DNA of 64,000 bases from Eledone cirrhosa (Eukaryota): contig OZ024744.1 of NCBI GenBank assembly GCA_964016885.1, forward strand, positions 107,198,001 to 107,262,000, in the 5' to 3' direction. Of this stretch, positions 59,466 through 64,000 are shown piece by piece. The number at the start of each line of letters is the position of its first letter. The stretch's first letter is position 1. A program made the position numbers and the translations under genes. The notes beneath the pieces were generated by a model that was not told the DNA's origin, did no database searches, and worked only from the letters and a program-made list of their open reading frames with translations.

Positions 59466-61229
59466 CAAATTAACAATGAAAATAGAAAGAAAAAAGTCAA
59501 GTTACTTTATAACTTTGTTTTTATTTTTATTGTTAATTTAATACCTAATATCTGACTGCATCTAAAGAATTAATTCAGCGAAACAGAACTTCTGTTTGGA
59601 TTTTACAAGATTACATTGAGTTCTATCCAGAGGTAGACCAGACTGAAGAAAGAAAATATATATATAAACACCAACGACGGCCTGTGTGTGTATAAATGTG
59701 TATGTATGTATGTATGTATGTCGTTCCTGTTCTTGTAACTTGTCAAAGTTGAAGTTGTCCATATTTTCATTTTCTTTGATTTCTTTCATTTTTCTTTTAT
59801 CTCCCTAGGGAATTCGTTGACAAGCTCCTTTTATTTATTTTCATTATTTTCTTCATTCAAATGTATTCAAACTGGCTGTCTCAGAGACGTACAAATATGG
59901 CTTATAACACTTACCTACATAAATAGCCTTCCAGTGCTATCTACTGTACTGTTCCATCATCAGATGTCACCCTCTGTCTGGTTGGTACTTTGTTCCATTC
60001 ACACGTTTTTTCTGTAGTCTGCAGTAGGATATCACACAGGCACTTCCAATTGTCCTCTATATGTGTCTAAATTATATTCCTTCTCATATGCCTCACAAAA
60101 GGATTTCCTGAACCTCTACTTAATAGAAAGGTCCTTTAACATCCAGATTTTCCTGTTTCCTCATCTGTCTTGTGCTTATTTTTATGTCAATCTGGCTTCT
60201 ATGTTCACCTGATTGTTTTCTGAAGTTAGTGTTGCAAAATAGTTAGTTCATTTGCATCACTGAATTTCAGAAGCATCACCCCCTCTTCATTTCTTGTGCT
60301 GTCCAACAAGTCCATTAAAGTCACCCGCAAAGATGATGATGTAGGTCTCTGTCATCTGTAACTGAGGTTGTCTGTAAAGGTTGCTCAGACAATAGATCCT
60401 TTTGTTCTTTAGTCCTGCTTGTAGTATAGCATTAACATGACAAGAGTTAGTCCAGTATATGCAATTAGTGAGAAATTTATGTGTTGTACTTTGTATATTT
60501 TGGCAAGATGTTACGAGTTGGATGTCCTTCCCATCACTAATCACTCTACAGCATGGACTGGGTGCATTTATTGTGATACCAGCACTAGAAAAGTTGTCTC
60601 AGATTTTATTCAGAGTGGCTACTATCCTAGATGGGTTGTGTACATTACAACTTACAGAGCCCATGTCTGCCTTGTTTAGTTGTTTTTTACTTGGAACCAC
60701 AGCCCTCCTAGATGGACTGACTTCTCTATGGCTTACAGAGCCCATGCCTGCCCTGTTTAGTCATTTTATTTGGAGTCACTGCACTCATAGACAGGCTGCC
60801 TTCTGCATGGCTTACTTAACCCACATCGCGCTCATGTTGATTTATTTTGAGTCCTCACCTAGCTGGCTTCAACATGGCTTAGGAACACGTGTGTCTTGTT
60901 TTGTTTTGTAGTGACTGCTCTCCAAGATGGACTGTGTTCTCTGACGTAAAGAGCCCTCATCTCTCCCAGGTAGTCATTAAATGTTTATTCTGAATGACAG
61001 CACACCCATTAGTGTCACCAACCACTTGTTATATGGAACCCTTGGCATAGTTGCGATCTGCCCTGGAAGGTGACTGTAAGGGGGGGGGGGGGGTTTATAT
61101 AGTGACAGCCGGGTAGGTCACCAGGTTCAACACTAATTAGGGTGATGCATATTATTAAGTGACTGAAAAATGGAATAGTACTACAATAAAATATATAGTA
61201 AGGTCTAGCTTAACTGCCTTGCTTCCTTC

Positions 61230-61266
<37 letters not shown>

Positions 61267-61465
61267 CCAAATATACTCATATACATATTATGCATGTATA
61301 TATATATATATGCACACACATACATGTATACACCAAAAATAGAATATTAAGATATGGTTTCTGATATAGGCAGAAGGCCAACACTAGGATATAAGATATA
61401 TAAACAAATCATAGATATAAACACCTGCACGGGAACACATATCTATATGAATAAAGATACATATA

Positions 61466-61501
<36 letters not shown>

Positions 61502-61629
61502 CACTCACCTACATATATAATATATATATACACACACGTATGCTCTCCAACATCGATAAACATCCACACACAGTTCTCATACATACTTATACACGCATAT
61601 AAATACACACACACACACATATATATATA

Positions 61630-62002
61630 TATCATCATCATCATTTCATTTTACGTCCGCTTTTTCCCTGCTTGCAAGGGTGGGACGGGAACTGATTCTT
61701 GCTTGATTTCTACAGCTAGATGCCCTTCCTAACACCAACCTCATTTACAGTGAGTGCTGGGTGCCTTTTTTCTTTTTTTTCGTGGTGCCTACACATCCAC
61801 TTTACAGTGTGGGCTGGGTGCCACTTTGCAGTGGAAAGATAGGGACCCCAGTCCTATCACCTCATTTCTACAGCTGAGTAAACTGGAGCAATGTGAAATA
61901 AAGTATCTTGCTCAAGGAAACAACACATCACCCGGTCTGAGAATTGAATTCGCAACCTTTCGATTGCAAGGCCAATGCTCTAACCACTAAGCTATGTGCC
62001 CC
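61630..62002 (-). mobile_element. SINE family A, full length
   Basis: Near-identical to 17879-18216. Confidence 0.88.
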
Positions 62003-62012
62003 TCTCTCTATA

Positions 62013-62049
<37 letters not shown>

Positions 62050-62711
62050 TGGCTGCCAACTCGTTTTCGAGTACGGCCACTACTTTATATCCATGTAGGA
62101 GAAACCCTACCGATGCGCTGAACGAGTGTGACTTTTTAGTCCAGCCAGCGACTTGAAAACTCTGGTACAAACACTACACTTGTGACAATTATTGACACAT
62201 ACTGCTGGGCCCATGGTACCATGTGACGACAAGTGCAGAGAGATCTCCAGATATAAAGCAATGCCTGTGCTGTGAAGCTTTTATAGTGAGCAAAGGCACT
62301 GCACAAAGCCAGTCTCACTCTCTTAACCAAGATGATATTTACCAAAAAGAAGAACAAGTCAACATCATTGGATACCATCAGAGTTGCAGGTGTTATATCA
62401 GAGTTTTCCTTCTAGAATTCTGCCTTGACAAAGGCTAAGGGGTCATCTCTCCCAGTGATTTTGGATGGGCATTGACTCTTAAGAGCTCCTTTGCCCTTTG
62501 ACAGGTTTTGTTTTTATTCCTGCAGGATGTCCAAAGTCACCCTCCTCACCAAGAAAACCTTGGTGGGGTTGCCAGTTTAGTCGCCAACGACCCGACAATA
62601 TATATATATACATACATACATACATACACAATATATAGTGGGAAAATTCTCGTCCAAACCCATACTAGCGTGGAAGATGGACGTTAAATGAAGATGATGA
62701 TGATGATGATA

Positions 62712-63942
62712 TGAGGGTAGGCTGAAGAATTCATAGGCTGACTCTGAAAGAATGATGTTAGAGCTGTGAAATCTTGCATGCATTAATTTCAACTCTTCTT
62801 ATTAATAACTGCATTGTTTCTTTCCAGGTAAACTGACATCTGACTGTTCTTCAATAACAACTAGTAGTGACTTCTCTTGAAAATGGACAAAATCTGGTAC
62901 TGTGGTGTTATTAAGTACATCAGAAAAAGGGTTTAGCCGCCAAGGACATTCATGATGACATGATTGCTACATTAGAGGATGATGCTCCAGCTTTTATCAG
63001 TAAAAGTGGGCAGCTGAATTTAGGAGGGGAAGGGAGAGTCTTCATGATGACCCATGGTCTGGATGTCCTGCAACTGCCACCACTGAGAAAAACATTGATT
63101 GTGTTCACCACATGGTGATGGATGACAGATGATTGACCTATAAATCAAATAGCCAATGCTATTAGCACATCCCATGAGAGTGTTGAGAATATGCTACACA
63201 ATGAACTTGGCATGACAAAGGTTTCTCCTAGGTGGGTGCCATGTCTTCTGGCACCTGATCAAAAGCACACCAGGCTGATCACATCACAGGCAAATCTGAC
63301 ATTGTTTGAAGCAGACACAGCTGGTTTTCTTGAACATTTCCTCACCCAGGATGAGTGTTGGAGACAAAAAGACAATCCATGTAGTAAAAACACCCTACCT
63401 CACCTGCTCTACACAAGGCCAAGGTTGTTTCATCTGCGGGGAAGGTGATGGCTTTAGTTTTAGGGGGATGCAAAAGGTATTGTCTTTATTGACTATCTTC
63501 AAAGGAGCCACACTTACAATGGCAAGTACTATGCCAACTTGCTGAGGCAGTTGTGAAAGGCTATCAAGACCAAACGCCCAGAAAAACTAACAAAAGGGGT
63601 CTTGTTTCATCAGGACAATGCTCAAGCACACAAGTCCTTGTTTTCAATGGCTGCTGTGTGTGACTGTGGCTTTGAACTGCTTGATCACCCTCCCTATTCC
63701 TCTGATTTGGCCCCATCTGACTATCATCTGTTCCCCAGCATGAGAAAACACTTGGCTAGGAACCAGTATTGCAGTGATGATGACGACATATCTGTTGTTG
63801 ATGATCTTTTTGACCAAGATGAAAACTTCTTTACCAATGGAAGAAGTGTGTGGACCGAAAGAGGGACTATGTTGAAAAATAAACCTCATTTGGTTACATG
63901 AGATTATCTTGGTAAGCCTATGAACATTTCAGCTAACCCTCA
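62712..63942 (+). mobile_element. Degenerate mariner transposon (~1.23 kb)
   Basis: TIRs TGAGGGTAGGCTGAAGAATTCATAGGCT / AGCCTATGAACATTTCAGCTAACCCTCA; WVP, TQDEC, HQDNA, HPPYSSDLAPSDYHLF motifs with frameshifts. Confidence 0.92.
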
Positions 63943-64000
63943 TGTGTGTACAGTTTTGGCCCTCCACCCACTGCTCTTCTTCATAGTTCTCCAGGCCATA

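Overview
Eukaryotic, repeat-rich genomic DNA. The SINE/LINE families and (AT)n/(CA)n/(GAT)n content suggest an octopod cephalopod (inference). The window is spanned on the minus strand by one multi-exon gene, a PPP4R4 (protein phosphatase 4 regulatory subunit 4, HEAT-repeat) ortholog. I traced 16 GT-AG coding exons between 855 and 49173 (1,840 nt, 613 codons, all phases compatible). The N-terminal exons were not securely found and the C-terminal exons lie left of the window. The introns hold RTE-type LINEs (one near full length with a PHD-type finger, one internally deleted), tRNA-derived SINEs, mariner elements and MITEs, piggyBac-type MITEs, a Helitron-type 3' end and many tandem arrays. Several arrays are visibly amplified pieces of LINEs, SINEs or Penelope-type repeats. 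The most unusual signal is a set of minimal type I hammerhead-ribozyme (HHR) motifs of the Penelope-like-element kind clustered at 25-30 kb, including an almost perfect ~220-bp-arm fold-back with an intact HHR core on each strand. There is also a 99-bp tandem array built on a degenerate HHR core (retrozyme-like). No CRISPR, rRNA or bona fide tRNA genes are supported, and most long ORFs in the track are repeat artefacts.
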